A stretch of DNA of 63,993 nucleotides, the filler included, from an uncultured bacterium (GTDB taxonomy: Bacteria; Hinthialibacterota; Hinthialibacteria; Hinthialibacterales; Hinthialibacteraceae): assembly GCA_964449065.1 (NCBI GenBank). It is 8 parts of 8 records of this genome, joined end to end, with 100 filler letters (N's around TTAATTAATTAA, not from the genome) between each part and the next. Parts side by side here need not be neighbours in the genome. Positions count along the whole stretch, not along the records: positions 1 to 8,102 come from CAYVAZ010000231.1; positions 8,203 to 16,298 come from CAYVAZ010000232.1; 6 more parts are not named here. One strand, given 5' to 3'. Below, piece after piece: positions 1-9,391 of the stretch. How positions within the stretch are numbered: the first letter of the stretch is position 1; every line of letters begins with the position of its first letter. A program made the position numbers and the translations under genes. The notes under the pieces are model-generated. The model saw only the letters and a list, made by a program, of their open reading frames with translations, searched no databases and was not told where the DNA came from.

Positions 1-147
1 CTCCCAAAGGGAGAAGACGATAGTCGTACTGAAAATTAAAGGGCTTTCAATAGACCTCAATTTCAACAGGAACTTTCTATTCCATTTTGCGTAACGTCAA
101 TTCAATAAGATAGGCAAAACAATACCTTTCCCATCAAGACCACGAAT

Positions 148-1992
148 ATGAATGAGCAAGAATTAAAACAAACACTCTTTCAACTCGGCAAAAACATCAC
201 CGTCATCCCGGTGGTCCACGGCAGTGTCGATTTCGCCATGGAAGTCCGCCGTGTCATGCTTTCGCAAACGTGGGATTGTCTCGCCATCCCCTTGCCCGTT
301 TCCATGCAGGATCAAACCGAAGTTGCCATCCGCTCTTTACCCATTGTGCAGGCGGTTATTGCTGAAGAACTCAGCGATGAACCCTCATACAACTTCATCC
401 CCATCGATCCTTGCCAGCCGGTCATTATGGCGATGCACATTGCTCTGCAAGAATACATCCCCATCGAATTCATCGACCGCGAAACTCCGATTTACGAGCC
501 GGATTCCTTTCCATGCCCCGATCCCTACTCGCTGAAATACACTACGATCGAAAAATACACCGCGGCCATGGTTCCCGCGTTTCCTTATCCGGAAAAAGAT
601 AGCCAAGTCTATCACCGTATCCAAACCATGGCGTATCAACTGCGTAATTTAACAAACCGCTACCGGAATATCTTACACATCTGTTCGCTGTCGCATTGGA
701 TATGGCTGCGCGACTGCTTTCTCCAAAACGAAGAGCCGCCGTATGAAGAACCATTCTTCGCCCCCGTTCAAACCATGCCGGTGCAGGAACGCTCCTTGGT
801 CTTTGTGTTGGGAGAGCTTCCCTACATCACTTATCAGTATGAAAAAGCCAAACGCGAGTTTCTGCCCGAAGAAGGAATCGCCATCGACGGCATTAAACAG
901 TTGCTGATCGACACCCGTGAAGAGTGGCTGCGCAACTATAACCCCATTACCAATTGGGCTACTCCCCAGCGTTTAAAACTGCTGCTGCAATACATCCGCA
1001 ATCTTACATTACTGCACTCCCGTCTTACGCCGGATCTATACACCCTCGCATTGGCGGCAAAGCAAGTCGTGGGGGATACCTTCGCCATTGCCTTGATGGA
1101 AACGGCTAAGCAATACCCTTATCAGCATATTGAGGAAAAAGGAGCCGCGTTTGGCGTCCATCAAATTCAGATCGAAAACGGAATCGTCGGCGAAGCCAAA
1201 AACCGTTTAGCGGGTCCACCGGTGCAATGGCGCAACCTCCCCTTAAAACGTGTTCCCGAAAAAGAGAAACAACAGCAATGGAAGCAGCGCTGGAATCCTT
1301 TCGGCATCTGCTCTTACCCGCCTGAAGACGGCAGAATCGAGTCCTTCAACACCCACGTCCGCGAAGCGGCCAAATCGCTGATCGGTGAAGGATTATCGCG
1401 TTCGGAAAAATTCACTTCCTCCATCAAAGACGGCTTGGATATCCGCGAAACCATCCGCAATTGGCATACCGGCGATATTTTCGTCAAAGAAATTCCCCCA
1501 TCCCGCGGCACCATTGAAGTCGTTGTCTTTTTATTCGATCTCCCTGCCGATCCGAACAAATATCATTTGCAAACAACTTGGTATGCCGAGCACGAAGAAG
1601 AATCCACCCTTAGTTTCTTCAGCACGCCAATCGGTGAAAAATTCGTCGGCCCCGGTATCGCGCAATGTACCTACGGCGGCTGTATGTTCATCTATCCGCC
1701 CCGCTACATTCCGGATATTTGGATAGACCGTCGTTTTCAGCAATACCGCAAGTTGGAAGACCGCTTATTAGCAGGGTCGTTTTTCCATTCGCAGGAAAAG
1801 CATGTCACGGTGGTCAGCCCCAAACCGCCGACCCAAGGCTGGCGCTGGCTGGCGAAGCGCTACAAAAAAAAGATCGTCCACATCCCTCTCTCCCGCTTCT
1901 CCAAACAGATGGTAGACCGCCTCCGCGTCTTCCACGTCCTAAACGGAAAACAAGTCCGCTCTTACGCAGCAAAATACATCCGCGAATTGTAA
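148..1992 (+). CDS. Conserved hypothetical protein (614 aa), function unknown
   Basis: Long ORF with globular composition and conserved-looking motifs (PVVHGS, IPIDPCQP, FIDRE, CSYPPED, IKDGLDIRETIRNWH). No family confidently recognised. Confidence 0.8.
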   Translation: MNEQELKQTLFQLGKNITVIPVVHGSVDFAMEVRRVMLSQTWDCLAIPLPVSMQDQTEVAIRSLPIVQAVIAEELSDEPSYNFIPIDPCQPVIMAMHIALQEYIPIEFIDRETPIYEPDSFPCPDPYSLKYTTIEKYTAAMVPAFPYPEKDSQVYHRIQTMAYQLRNLTNRYRNILHICSLSHWIWLRDCFLQNEEPPYEEPFFAPVQTMPVQERSLVFVLGELPYITYQYEKAKREFLPEEGIAIDGIKQLLIDTREEWLRNYNPITNWATPQRLKLLLQYIRNLTLLHSRLTPDLYTLALAAKQVVGDTFAIALMETAKQYPYQHIEEKGAAFGVHQIQIENGIVGEAKNRLAGPPVQWRNLPLKRVPEKEKQQQWKQRWNPFGICSYPPEDGRIESFNTHVREAAKSLIGEGLSRSEKFTSSIKDGLDIRETIRNWHTGDIFVKEIPPSRGTIEVVVFLFDLPADPNKYHLQTTWYAEHEEESTLSFFSTPIGEKFVGPGIAQCTYGGCMFIYPPRYIPDIWIDRRFQQYRKLEDRLLAGSFFHSQEKHVTVVSPKPPTQGWRWLAKRYKKKIVHIPLSRFSKQMVDRLRVFHVLNGKQVRSYAAKYIREL

Positions 1993-2021
1993 ACACGGCG
2001 TAGGCCAAAGACACAGTTCCT

Positions 2022-2130
2022 TAGCGCATTTCAGAGTTGGATAGACAGAATCTGTCGTTGTCCCCCCCTTATTAAGGGGGGCAGGGGGCAATGTCATTTT
2101 TAAGGAAATTAACCTGAAAAACATTGCTCT
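2022..2130 (+). repeat. MITE/REP-like element: TAGCGCATTTCAGAG shell with CCCCCCTT-ATT-AAGGGGGG hairpin core
   Basis: 2022-2061 is identical over 40 bp to 32537-32576 and is followed by a C-run/G-run hairpin. Confidence 0.8.
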
Positions 2131-2185
2131 GTCTCCCCCAAAGCATTTGGGGGAGATGTCCGACGCAAGGAGGACAGAGGGGGTG
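2131..2185. repeat. REP-like double hairpin (TCTCCCCC-AAAGCATTT-GGGGGAGA then TGTCC...GGACA GAGGGGG)
   Basis: Two adjacent GC-rich inverted repeats in intergenic DNA. Loosely related CCCTCTCCC/GGGAGA sequences occur at 1-21, 12955-12985 and 56906-56925. Confidence 0.6.
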
Positions 2186-2453
2186 TGAAGAGAACCATAA
2201 ACCTAAAAAAAGCAGTTGATATTGAAAAGTATGCCATAACTTTTTGAATATAATAGAATTATGAAATGCGGAGCAGTTGAAAAATAATCACCAAAAGGGT
2301 GAGAGCGGTCAATCGTAGAATTTCTTGAATTCGTTAGACTTATCACTCGTCACTTTTCACGAATCACTGTTTTTAGGATAAACCAGAATGATTCAACCGA
2401 TTTTTTAGAAGTCGTTTCCAGGGCAATCACACGAAACAATCGCTTAAGCCGTT

Positions 2454-2550
2454 TACCCCAACGGGGTTATAGATGATAGCCAGGGGCAGAGTGACCGAAG
2501 GGAACGCCGCCCCTGGAAATCTGAGAGAAAATCTGACCCTGAAAGGGTCA
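2454..2550 (+). repeat. REP-like element (ACCCCAACGGGGT...ATAGCCAGGGG...CGCCCCTGG...ACCCTGAAAGGGT)
   Basis: Multi-hairpin element. A related copy lies at 39519-39565 on another contig. Confidence 0.65.
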
Positions 2551-2692
2551 ATGAAAAGAGTAGGTTCTTTAAGTCAATGGCATTGGGGCAGGGGGGATCA
2601 AAGACGATCTCTTTCTACCTACGCAAACCTGAATTGTTGTAATTGCAAATGGTATAAATGGGTAAGACAGGGTTCATGAAAACCGTAGACAG

Positions 2693-2727
2693 AATCCCCC
2701 TTTCCCGGCGGCATAGAAAGGGGGATT
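2693..2727. terminator. 12-bp stem hairpin downstream of the GH172 gene (terminator-like or repeat-derived)
   Basis: AATCCCCCTTTC-N11-GAAAGGGGGATT; no clear U-tract. Confidence 0.4.
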
Positions 2728-2766
2728 GATCACTCCGTCCAATTCTAATTGGCTAATTCTAATTGG

Positions 2767-3918
2767 CTAATTAATTGCCAAGAAATCTCGTTCCGGGAGT
2801 TCAGGGAATGGTTGGTGTGGTTCGGTTTGGTACCAGAATGCTACTGACGCGATGTCATCCTGCAATGGCAGATACCGTCCTTCGGATTGCCAGCCTAGGG
2901 CTTGGATGGTGACCCGTAAATTGTCTTCAAAGCGAATGGGGTCTACCACGTGCCAGCGGTAAAGGCCAAAGCGTTGATTGGCGCGATTCATGCCGTCGGG
3001 GCGGATGACTTGGGGCATGCCGGCATAGGGTGTGTTGTATTCCAAATATTGGCCTTTATGCGCGAAACCGTATGAGCCGCAGAAGTAGTCTTCCAATCCG
3101 GTGCCGCAGATGGTGGGGAATTCATCGTCGCCATCCATGTAAAATTTAATCTCGCCTTCGCCCCACCAGCCGTTGCTGTTGACCTGCCAAGCCATATAGG
3201 TGCCGATGTAATGGCCCTTGCCTTCGATGCCATCAACAATAGTGTAGACCTCTTTGTAGGGCAGGGGATTGACGCGGCGGAATTGCGCGTGGAAGTAGGC
3301 GGCATCATCCGGGATATCGGTGAGAGTATAATTGATTTGGTAGTAAAGCGTCATCCGGTTATCGGAAATGTTTTCCATAGTGATTTTGGCGTTTTCGCGG
3401 AACGGCATTTGCCAGTAGCAGTTGAACGCGCTGCCGGGATTGACGCAGACCGCGAGTGAACTGACTTGGGAAAACTCTCCCCAGCCGCTAGCGAAGAAAT
3501 CGCCCACCGGGCATTCAACGGATGGATTTTCTTCACCGTCCCAATACATACGGATGATGGAATGGCGCCAGTTGCCGGTCGGGGTCATCCAAATTTGCTG
3601 GATGGCTCCAGGGCCATCGATTTCGGCGAGGGTGAAGGTTTCGCCGGGTTCGATGTGGACGGAAGGCGAGACTTTCCAGCCCTGACCTAAATCGCGTGAT
3701 GCTCTTGCTCCGGTACCTTCTTTGGCCATACCGCCCTTGCCTTTGGCTCCGGTAAAGTTTTCCGGGCTGATGGAGCGGGATTTGGCATCCGATAAGCGGT
3801 AGAGATTGCCCATGTGCAGGTTGAGGCCGTTGAAGGATTCCTGCGCATGGAGTACAGGTGAGAACGCGAACAGCACTGCGGTGAAAGTGAATAGGGATAT
3901 GAACTTTGTGATGGACAT
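2767..3918 (-). CDS. DUF2961 / glycoside hydrolase family 172 protein, secreted
   Basis: Signal peptide. Motifs SRSISPEN, GPGAIQQIW, YWDGEENPSVECPVGDFF, WWGEGE, ICGTGLEDYF, YRWH..DPI.F and SVAFWYQ. Start placed at ATG 3918, which follows GGAGGAG. Confidence 0.92.
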   Translation of the reverse strand: MSITKFISLFTFTAVLFAFSPVLHAQESFNGLNLHMGNLYRLSDAKSRSISPENFTGAKGKGGMAKEGTGARASRDLGQGWKVSPSVHIEPGETFTLAEIDGPGAIQQIWMTPTGNWRHSIIRMYWDGEENPSVECPVGDFFASGWGEFSQVSSLAVCVNPGSAFNCYWQMPFRENAKITMENISDNRMTLYYQINYTLTDIPDDAAYFHAQFRRVNPLPYKEVYTIVDGIEGKGHYIGTYMAWQVNSNGWWGEGEIKFYMDGDDEFPTICGTGLEDYFCGSYGFAHKGQYLEYNTPYAGMPQVIRPDGMNRANQRFGLYRWHVVDPIRFEDNLRVTIQALGWQSEGRYLPLQDDIASVAFWYQTEPHQPFPELPERDFLAIN

Positions 3919-3998
3919 GATGACTCCTCCAATAAGATTGATGAATTGATTAATCATGCCATATTGGAGGATGATTAGTCAGGTGATCGAGAGAAAAA

Positions 3999-5381
3999 TT
4001 ATTGGATATTCGCTTCATCCAACACCCGAATCTCAATATTTCTATACCTCGCTTCAGAGGGCGGGCCGGAATGGATTTGCAGGCCGATTAAGCCGGTTTG
4101 GCTGAGGGATTCATCCGGTTCGAGATAATCAACGGTTTGATAACCGTTAATCCAAAGTTGGATACGGCGGCCGGTGCAACGGATGGTGTAGTCGTTCCAA
4201 TCGGTGGGTTTGAGGAATTTGGGAAAGTCTTCTACTTTCGGTCCAGCGAGCACTTTTCTGCGGCGGGATTCGTCATACAAAGCCCCCCAATAGTGCTGTC
4301 CCATATCGGCTTGATAGCCGATCATCTCGTTGTGGTTAGGAATGCGCCGGCTGCGGATTTGGATGCCCGCGTTGGCGTCTTTGGATGAGAGTTTCACTTG
4401 CAGGCGCAGTTCGAAGTTGCGGAATTCTTTTTCAGTGGTGAGGAATTCATTGCGGGGGATTTTTTCGTTCAAGTTTCCTCCGACAATGGCTCCGTTCTCG
4501 ATGCGGAAGAAATCGAGGTTGCCGTTCCAGCCTTCGAAGGTTTTGCCATCGAAGAGTTGAACCGGTTCGATTGCATCGAAATTGATATCCAGTCTGCCTA
4601 AATCCAATAGATTGTGGCGTGCTCCGCGCTGAATGACATTCGGTTCATTTTCATCATGAAGTTCCGTTAAGATTTTCACGGCTTGATCAATCTTGTTGTC
4701 TTTTATAAGTTGGAGGGCACATTGCAGATAGGCGTTGGATAATTCGAATTCGTACTCAGATAATTTTACTTTTCTTATTGCGGATAATAATGCCATACAG
4801 TCGGGTGTGCCCAAATTTCCCAATGCGGAAATGGATGCTGTTACCACTTCTTTGTTGTTATGCTGAATAAACTCTGATATGGCTTTTAAAGTTTGTGTTG
4901 GGTTTTCTGAGTGACGTTCTCCTAACAAGTGAATTACGGGAACTTTTGATTTTCCTGGTAGACTTTCTAATGCTAGTATGAGTGCGTCATTCACGTTTGG
5001 AAATGGATTGTTTTTGAGGGCAAAGCAGGCGTATTCAACGGTATTTTCGTCCTTCAACAATTCGCTTAATGCGGGTATGGAGGCGTCCGTTCCGATGACG
5101 GCCAACTTGCGGCAGAAGAATTTTGTGGCGGCTAGCGTGGTGCCGTCATCTCGCAGCGCTTCTGCGATTTGTTGTTCTAAATACAAGCGCATGTCCGGGT
5201 TGTTGTGTGTTTCATTGATGTAGCGGTTGATATCGCGGTGGCTTTTGGCGGATTGGCCGAAGTCGAGTGTTTTTACCGCATCGACGGCTTGTTTGATATC
5301 GGATTGATTTACGGAGATTGCCGGATTGGAAATGCTGATGGATAGCAAAGTTGTGAAGATTGTTTTGGTTAGATTATTCAT
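3999..5381 (-). CDS. Secreted HEAT-repeat + DUF1080 (3-keto-disaccharide hydrolase-like) protein
   Basis: Signal peptide, HEAT/PBS-like helical repeats (CRKLAVIG...SIPALSELL), and a C-terminal DUF1080 (LFDGKTFEGW, NFELRLQVK, NAGIQIR, GYQAD, GLIGLQIH, YRNIEI). Confidence 0.88.
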   Translation of the reverse strand: MNNLTKTIFTTLLSISISNPAISVNQSDIKQAVDAVKTLDFGQSAKSHRDINRYINETHNNPDMRLYLEQQIAEALRDDGTTLAATKFFCRKLAVIGTDASIPALSELLKDENTVEYACFALKNNPFPNVNDALILALESLPGKSKVPVIHLLGERHSENPTQTLKAISEFIQHNNKEVVTASISALGNLGTPDCMALLSAIRKVKLSEYEFELSNAYLQCALQLIKDNKIDQAVKILTELHDENEPNVIQRGARHNLLDLGRLDINFDAIEPVQLFDGKTFEGWNGNLDFFRIENGAIVGGNLNEKIPRNEFLTTEKEFRNFELRLQVKLSSKDANAGIQIRSRRIPNHNEMIGYQADMGQHYWGALYDESRRRKVLAGPKVEDFPKFLKPTDWNDYTIRCTGRRIQLWINGYQTVDYLEPDESLSQTGLIGLQIHSGPPSEARYRNIEIRVLDEANIQ

Positions 5382-5428
5382 GTTTCACCTGATTTTAATC
5401 GTTCCTATGCTTATTGATAGACTTTCTG

Positions 5429-5491
5429 AACTTCCGGCTCGGCAGGAGCCTCGCCCTCCCAACTTCCGGCTCGGCGGAAGTCTTGCCCTCC
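5429..5491 (+). repeat. Tandem pair of REP-like units (CTTCCGGCTCGGCRGGAGCCTCGCCCTCCC family)
   Basis: Two copies of about 32 bp. The same family occurs at 12704, 39445(-), 40634, 44277 and 44484. Confidence 0.8.
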
Positions 5492-5518
5492 GGTATTAAA
5501 AATCAATTTCATGAATCC

Positions 5519-6814
5519 CTATATAGTCCACGGGATTCGCATGGTTTTTGAGATCATGCGGTTGGCGTCGTCATCGTCAATGAACATCTCTTTCTTGTAA
5601 TTCCACTGGAGTTTGCGGCCCAAGCGCAGGCAAATGTTGGATGCATGGGCGATGGTGTGGGAGCGTTGAGCGATTTCCGGATTGCATACAGTTTGTTCAC
5701 GGGTTCGAATGCAATCTAAAAAGTTACGAATGTGGGGATCGAGATTGTTGTAATGTTGGGATACCGGATTCGAGCGTTCGCTGAGCGATTTAGGATTGGA
5801 TTGAATCTCTCCGGTTTCGTCCATGATCTCAATCCAGCCTTCATCGCCGATGAAGCGGATTTTTTTGGTGCCGACTTTGGAGAGCATACGGACACCGTTT
5901 TCGTACTTGGCTTCGATATCCCACTCGTAGGGCACGCAGTCAAAGCCTTCTTGCGGGAAGGTAGCGGTGCCTGCAATTTCTACCGGGCCGATGCGTTCGG
6001 ATTGATTGCCCATCTGCGCGAGGTCATACATGTGCGGTCCCATATCGGAAAGTTGCCCGCCGCTGGTATCCCAATGGTTGCGCCAATGCCTGACGCTGAA
6101 CTCAGAGTAAGGCCTCCAGGGGGATTGCCCAAGCCAGCGGTCGTAATCGAAGCCATCCGGTACCGGGGCGGGCACAGCGAACCCCGGTTTATGCCTGCCG
6201 GGACCGAGGTTGATATGTATGGTGTGGAGTTTGCCGATTTTGCCTTGGTGAACGCAATCGATGACATAGAGATAATCCGGGTTGGAGTGGCGTTGGGTTC
6301 CGCATTGCCATACCGTGCCGTATTTTTTGGTGATATCCACCACTTGGCGGCCTTCGCCGATGGTGAGGCAGTAGGGCTTTTCAGAATAGATGTCTTTACC
6401 CGCTCTGGCGGCATAGGAAGACATCACCCCATGCCAGCGGTCGCCGGTGGCGATGATAACGGCGTCGATGTCATCGCGTTCTAATACATCCTCATGATAG
6501 CGGTGGGCGGTGCAGTCATCGTTGCCATAGCGTTTGTCGATTTCAGCCTTGGCTTTGGCACGGCGTTCTTGCCAGCAATCGGATACCGCAACGAGACGAA
6601 CATCATCCTGATGATAGAAATTGGGGAGCAGAGCTCGCATGAAGCGGCCGCCGGTGCCAATGGCGCCGATCATGATGCGGTCAGAGGGAGCGATTGAACT
6701 GCCTTGCCCCAAAGCGGATGCTGGAATGAATAATACCGCGGAAGCAGCAAGCGAACTTGTTTTTAAAAATTGTCTTTTTGTTTTTTGATGCGATTTTGCG
6801 TTTGCACGATCCAT
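5519..6814 (-). CDS. Gfo/Idh/MocA family NAD(P)-dependent oxidoreductase, Tat-like signal
   Basis: KRQFLK signal, IGAIGTGGR, DAVIIATGDRWH, YSEKP, QCGTQR, DMGPHMYD. Confidence 0.92.
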   Translation of the reverse strand: MDRANAKSHQKTKRQFLKTSSLAASAVLFIPASALGQGSSIAPSDRIMIGAIGTGGRFMRALLPNFYHQDDVRLVAVSDCWQERRAKAKAEIDKRYGNDDCTAHRYHEDVLERDDIDAVIIATGDRWHGVMSSYAARAGKDIYSEKPYCLTIGEGRQVVDITKKYGTVWQCGTQRHSNPDYLYVIDCVHQGKIGKLHTIHINLGPGRHKPGFAVPAPVPDGFDYDRWLGQSPWRPYSEFSVRHWRNHWDTSGGQLSDMGPHMYDLAQMGNQSERIGPVEIAGTATFPQEGFDCVPYEWDIEAKYENGVRMLSKVGTKKIRFIGDEGWIEIMDETGEIQSNPKSLSERSNPVSQHYNNLDPHIRNFLDCIRTREQTVCNPEIAQRSHTIAHASNICLRLGRKLQWNYKKEMFIDDDDANRMISKTMRIPWTI

Positions 6815-6933
6815 ACGATTTCCCCAAGATAGCAAGATAACCAGATCTAAATTTAATCTTCTATGAAGATATCATATTACGTATGAAAAATGAATGAGCA
6901 GGATAGGGAAATGGATAATGGATAATGGTTTAT

Positions 6934-7878
6934 TTATTTTCTTTTTTCTTGCACATCTTGCGAAGATTTATTTTGTTTTGTTTGATAACGTTTTTTTGCC
7001 GCCGGGCTTCTTGCGCCGGTATCATTTTCGCGTTGGTTTTGGTAATTGTTGGGCGCTGTGGGAGATATGCTTTGGTATCTCGATAAAGGATAGGGTAGAA
7101 AGACGCCGTTTTGATTGACCGGTGCTGGACGCTGTATGCGGTGTTGCGCCGGCGCATTGGCTGCTCTATTCACCGGCGGCCGTACGCCTTGGGATTGGCT
7201 GCTTGTATGCAAGTCATAAGACTGCCGTTGAGGTTGGTTCCGGGGCTGATTGATTGGCGGTATCGATTGGTTGCTTGGACCGTAAGCGTTGGGTTGATTG
7301 GGGAAGTATCCTTGCCGTGGATTTTGTACCGGATAGGTTGTGCTTTGGATTTGACCGGTATAGCGTTGCAGCAATGATGGGGCGGTCAACAGAGAGCGAA
7401 GTTGTTGTTTACGATGGGGGTCTATTTCTCGTTTTTGTTGGGCATTGATGGGGACTCTTACACCCGGGGTGGAAAAAAAAGTCGTTTGGTTTCCGGAAGT
7501 ATTTTCATCCGTGTGAACTTGATAGTTATGCGATTGATCCAGAGACGGCTGCAAGTTGGCTCCGGCCCGGTGCGAATCAAAGTGAATTCTAATGTCGCCG
7601 CTAAAGCGTTCGCGCCGACGACGAAAGCCCTCTTCAATTGCGCTTTCGCGGTAATTCTCCGCGCCATAGCGTTCGCGGTAATTTTCGGTGTTGAATCGTT
7701 CGCGGTAACGTTCACTGAAGGATGGTTTTGCTTCCCGTTCCTGGCGTTGTTTTTCTTTGAGGGCGGCTACATTGCCATCTTTTGAACTTTCGTCATCTTG
7801 CGCGGAGACCGTAAGAACAACAAAAGTAGTCAACAAAAGAAAGAAGAAAATGTGTTGGAATCGTATAGAGATATTCAT
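6934..7878 (-). CDS. Secreted low-complexity hypothetical protein
   Basis: Signal peptide (VSA-QD), RE/YRE repeats and a Q/N/P-rich C-terminus. GGAG upstream. Confidence 0.65.
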   Translation of the reverse strand: MNISIRFQHIFFFLLLTTFVVLTVSAQDDESSKDGNVAALKEKQRQEREAKPSFSERYRERFNTENYRERYGAENYRESAIEEGFRRRRERFSGDIRIHFDSHRAGANLQPSLDQSHNYQVHTDENTSGNQTTFFSTPGVRVPINAQQKREIDPHRKQQLRSLLTAPSLLQRYTGQIQSTTYPVQNPRQGYFPNQPNAYGPSNQSIPPINQPRNQPQRQSYDLHTSSQSQGVRPPVNRAANAPAQHRIQRPAPVNQNGVFLPYPLSRYQSISPTAPNNYQNQRENDTGARSPAAKKRYQTKQNKSSQDVQEKRK

Positions 7879-7920
7879 AGTGAAAGCTCCAATAGCCTTT
7901 TCTGTATACTAGTCTGTATA

Positions 7921-8102
7921 CTAGTAGTCTATCAAAAATGAAATGATGGTAGGTGGATGCATACCCCCGTTAAGGAGTCTGTCGTTGTTGCCCCCCTTGT
8001 TAAGGGGGGTAGGGGGGATCGAAGCACGCTTCCAACTACGCAAAATCCCCCGGAGCCTACGGCTCCACCCCCTTATGCAAGGGGGTCGTGGCACTGCGCT
8101 TC
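7921..8102 (+). repeat. CTAG-ended MITE-like element with a double-hairpin core of about 120 bp, truncated at contig end
   Basis: Core 7980-8100 is closely similar to 24292-24410 and to the reverse complement of 44624-44745. Confidence 0.85.
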
Positions 8103-8202
8103 NNNNNNNNNNNNNNNNNNNNNNNNNNNNNNNNNNNNNNNNNNNNTTAATTAATTAANNNNNNNNNNNNNNNNNNNNNNNNNNNNNNNNNNNNNNNNNN
8201 NN
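8103..8202. other. Artificial contig-join spacer (N44-TTAATTAATTAA-N44)
   Basis: The same spacer occurs at 16299-16398, 24457-24556, 32597-32696, 40728-40827, 48834-48933 and 56926-57025. Confidence 0.98.
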
Positions 8203-8299
8203 TCAACCTGCTTTTCATTTGTATGAATTGTATTATGATGTATGGCTACGATATGATTTGAATCGGAACACGGTTCGTTTGGAATTGAGAGGAAGCAGT

Positions 8300-9109
8300 A
8301 TGTTAGTTGTTGATGTCAAAATGCGCGACCAGCGCATGACCGCCCGTTTTAAGCACGATCCCTTGGAACATTTGGTTCCTTATGATTATTGCATAATCGA
8401 TGTCGATGGTGATCAAGACCTCGCCAAAGTCAAATCCAAACCCTATGAATGGCAGGATGATATTCCGCCCGAGGGCGATGCCTTTATTTTACGCCAAGCC
8501 GAAGAAAGCGATTTTGAAACCATTCGTAAACACCGCGTGGTCGAAAAAGAAGCCTACAAAGTCTGCATCGAAAAAGTCCGCGAACATGAGCTTCCCATGG
8601 CGTTAGCCGGGGTGGAAAAGTGCTTTGACGGCAACAAAATCAAATTCTTTTTCACCGCGGATAACCGCGTGGATTTTCGGGAACTGGTCAAAGACCTCGC
8701 GCATGTGTACCGTACCCGAATAGAAATGCGGCAAATCGGAGTACGCGACCGTTCCAAAAAAGTGGGCGGCTATGGCATCTGCGGGCAGGAATTGTGTTGT
8801 TCCCGTTTTTTGCAAAAGTTTGAACCCATCACGATCCGTATGGCGAAAGATCAAAACCTCGCATTGAATCCCACAAAAATCTCCGGTCTCTGTGGCCGGC
8901 TGATGTGCTGCATGGCGTATGAAGTGGATAGTTATGTGCAAGCCCGCAAACAGTTCCCCAAAGAAGGGGTACGGGTAAGCACTCCGCATGGGGAAGGAGA
9001 AATCAGCTCAATGAACTATGTGCAAAATACAATAAACGTTCGAATTGACGGCTTTCGCGAAGTCCCTTGCCGGTTGGATGAAATCACAGTCATTGCAAAA
9101 AGAAATTAA
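8300..9109 (+). CDS. ricT: PSP1-domain protein, RicT/YaaT family
   Basis: FFFTADNRVDFRELVKDLA..YRTRIEMRQIGVRD, GICGQELCC, MAKDQNLALNPTKISGLCGRLMCC. GAGAGGA precedes ATG 8300. Confidence 0.9.
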   Translation: MLVVDVKMRDQRMTARFKHDPLEHLVPYDYCIIDVDGDQDLAKVKSKPYEWQDDIPPEGDAFILRQAEESDFETIRKHRVVEKEAYKVCIEKVREHELPMALAGVEKCFDGNKIKFFFTADNRVDFRELVKDLAHVYRTRIEMRQIGVRDRSKKVGGYGICGQELCCSRFLQKFEPITIRMAKDQNLALNPTKISGLCGRLMCCMAYEVDSYVQARKQFPKEGVRVSTPHGEGEISSMNYVQNTINVRIDGFREVPCRLDEITVIAKRN

Positions 9110-9121
9110 GGGAAATCTACC

Positions 9122-9391
9122 CTATTTGTTCTTTGTAATTATGTGTTCCAGTTCTTCTAGGGTTACACTTTCCCGTAAGACACCCTCAATTTCATAAAGC
9201 CTATCTATTGAATCTATTTCTTTAATCTGCGGGTAAAAAGCCAATCCTTCTTGACCGTATTTCAGCTCTAAGGCCAACTGTATGCCTTTTTGCAATCCCT
9301 CAATTAAGCCAGAGTTTCGCCCTTCCTGCCGCCCTTCTTGCCGTCCTTCCAGTCGCCCTTCCTGCCGTATTTGTTCAAACAATGTTGGCAT
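9122..9391 (-). CDS. Putative internally initiated small C-terminal product (RpnS-type antitoxin, 89 aa)
   Basis: In-frame ATG at 9391 preceded by AAAGGAG-N8, immediately before the EGR repeats. Confidence 0.6.
   Translation of the reverse strand: MPTLFEQIRQEGRLEGRQEGRQEGRNSGLIEGLQKGIQLALELKYGQEGLAFYPQIKEIDSIDRLYEIEGVLRESVTLEELEHIITKNK

Noticed and set aside
5732..6484. Long antisense ORFs (also 14644-15216, 16658-17398, 28561-29295, 45623-46342)
   Set aside because: Shadow frames of well-supported genes, with no recognisable motifs.
8147..8158. Recurrent palindromic TTAATTAATTAA about every 8.1 kb
   Set aside because: Artificial six-frame stop linker inside N spacers. The periodicity reflects size-sorted contigs.
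7943..8158. Short ORFs with PPLLRG/PLNKGG-like peptides (also 1939-2124, 24001-24504, 44697-44927)
   Set aside because: Translations of the palindromic repeat, not genes.
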